Shown here one piece after another: positions 63,072-64,000 of a DNA stretch of 64,000 nt (position 1 is its first letter; the number at the start of each line of letters is the position of its first letter). This DNA is from the human T2T-CHM13v2.0 reference genome, Homo sapiens: the NCBI RefSeq assembly GCF_009914755.1, contig NC_060938.1. One strand, 5' to 3'. A program made the translations under genes and the position numbers. The notes under the pieces were generated by a model that saw nothing but the letters and a program-made list of their open reading frames with translations, ran no database searches and had not been told where the DNA came from.

Positions 63072-63490
63072 TAATTTTTCATGCCAAAAGCTGATCTTTA
63101 ATGGAACTTCATATGAAGAAAAACAGTAGAAAAAAAGAGCTAGAAATTTAGAAATTAGAAAAAAATGGGCAAAGGGATTAAACATTTTAATAGCAAGTAG
63201 TATACAGATCCTGCCAACAGGTAAAGAAAACTTAAAAAGTATCCAGATTAATATCCATTAATCTAATCTTTGTCCTTCAAGTCTAAGGTAAACTATATAT
63301 TTAATTACAGGTGATGGTGAAAAAAATTCTTTATAATATAGTCTAACTTTGTTGCTTTCTACAGGAATATAGCTTCTTGAAAATCTGTACTAGAAGTTTC
63401 ATAAATTTTGGTCACAGTTTCCCTGAAACATGGAAGAGTTATAAAGAATCTGGCTACATCAAAGAGGCTGCTATACAGCAATGAGACTAG

Positions 63491-63746
<256 letters not shown>

Positions 63747-63873
63747 TGATCCACTCGCCTCGGCCTCCCAAAGTTTTGAGATTACAGGTGTAAGCCACCA
63801 TGTCTGGCCTTTTCAACAGTTTTATAGAGAAAAATAATTCTATTAAATGAGTATACTACAAGTCCTCATATTT

Positions 63874-63888
63874 TATATATATATGTGT

Positions 63889-63927
<39 letters not shown>

Positions 63928-63944
63928 ACAGTATATATATATAT
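63874..63944. repeat. (TA)n-(TG)n-(TA)n compound microsatellite
   Basis: Seen directly. Confidence 0.95.
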
Positions 63945-64000
63945 TTTTTTTTTTGAGACAAGGTCTTGCTCTGTCACTCAGGCTGCAGTGCAGTGGTGCA

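Overview
Human (or near-identical hominid) genomic DNA that I recognise as the chr14q24.3 cluster MLH3(-), ACYP1(-), ZC2HC1C(+), NEK9(-). It holds MLH3 exon 1 and its 3343-bp exon 2, the complete ACYP1 gene (99 aa, plus a 79-nt cassette exon and an upstream alternative first exon), the complete ZC2HC1C gene (456 aa), and the last 12 coding exons plus 3'UTR of NEK9. Exon boundaries were placed by hand on GT/AG signals with frame continuity. Introns are dense in Alu, L1, L2, MaLR LTR and hAT fossils, and most short ORFs in the supplied track are Alu/L1 artefacts. Most notable: (1) a single TAG truncates ZC2HC1C, leaving an in-frame fossil second C2HC zinc finger in the 3'UTR; (2) a 195-bp, 194/195-identical inverted duplication brackets the ACYP1 cassette exon; (3) an upstream ACYP1 exon adds an in-frame 30-aa leader resembling a targeting peptide; (4) an in-frame ACYP1-MLH3 read-through junction is possible; (5) a uORF overlaps the MLH3 start codon. 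Repeat subfamily calls and repeat boundaries are by eye and approximate.
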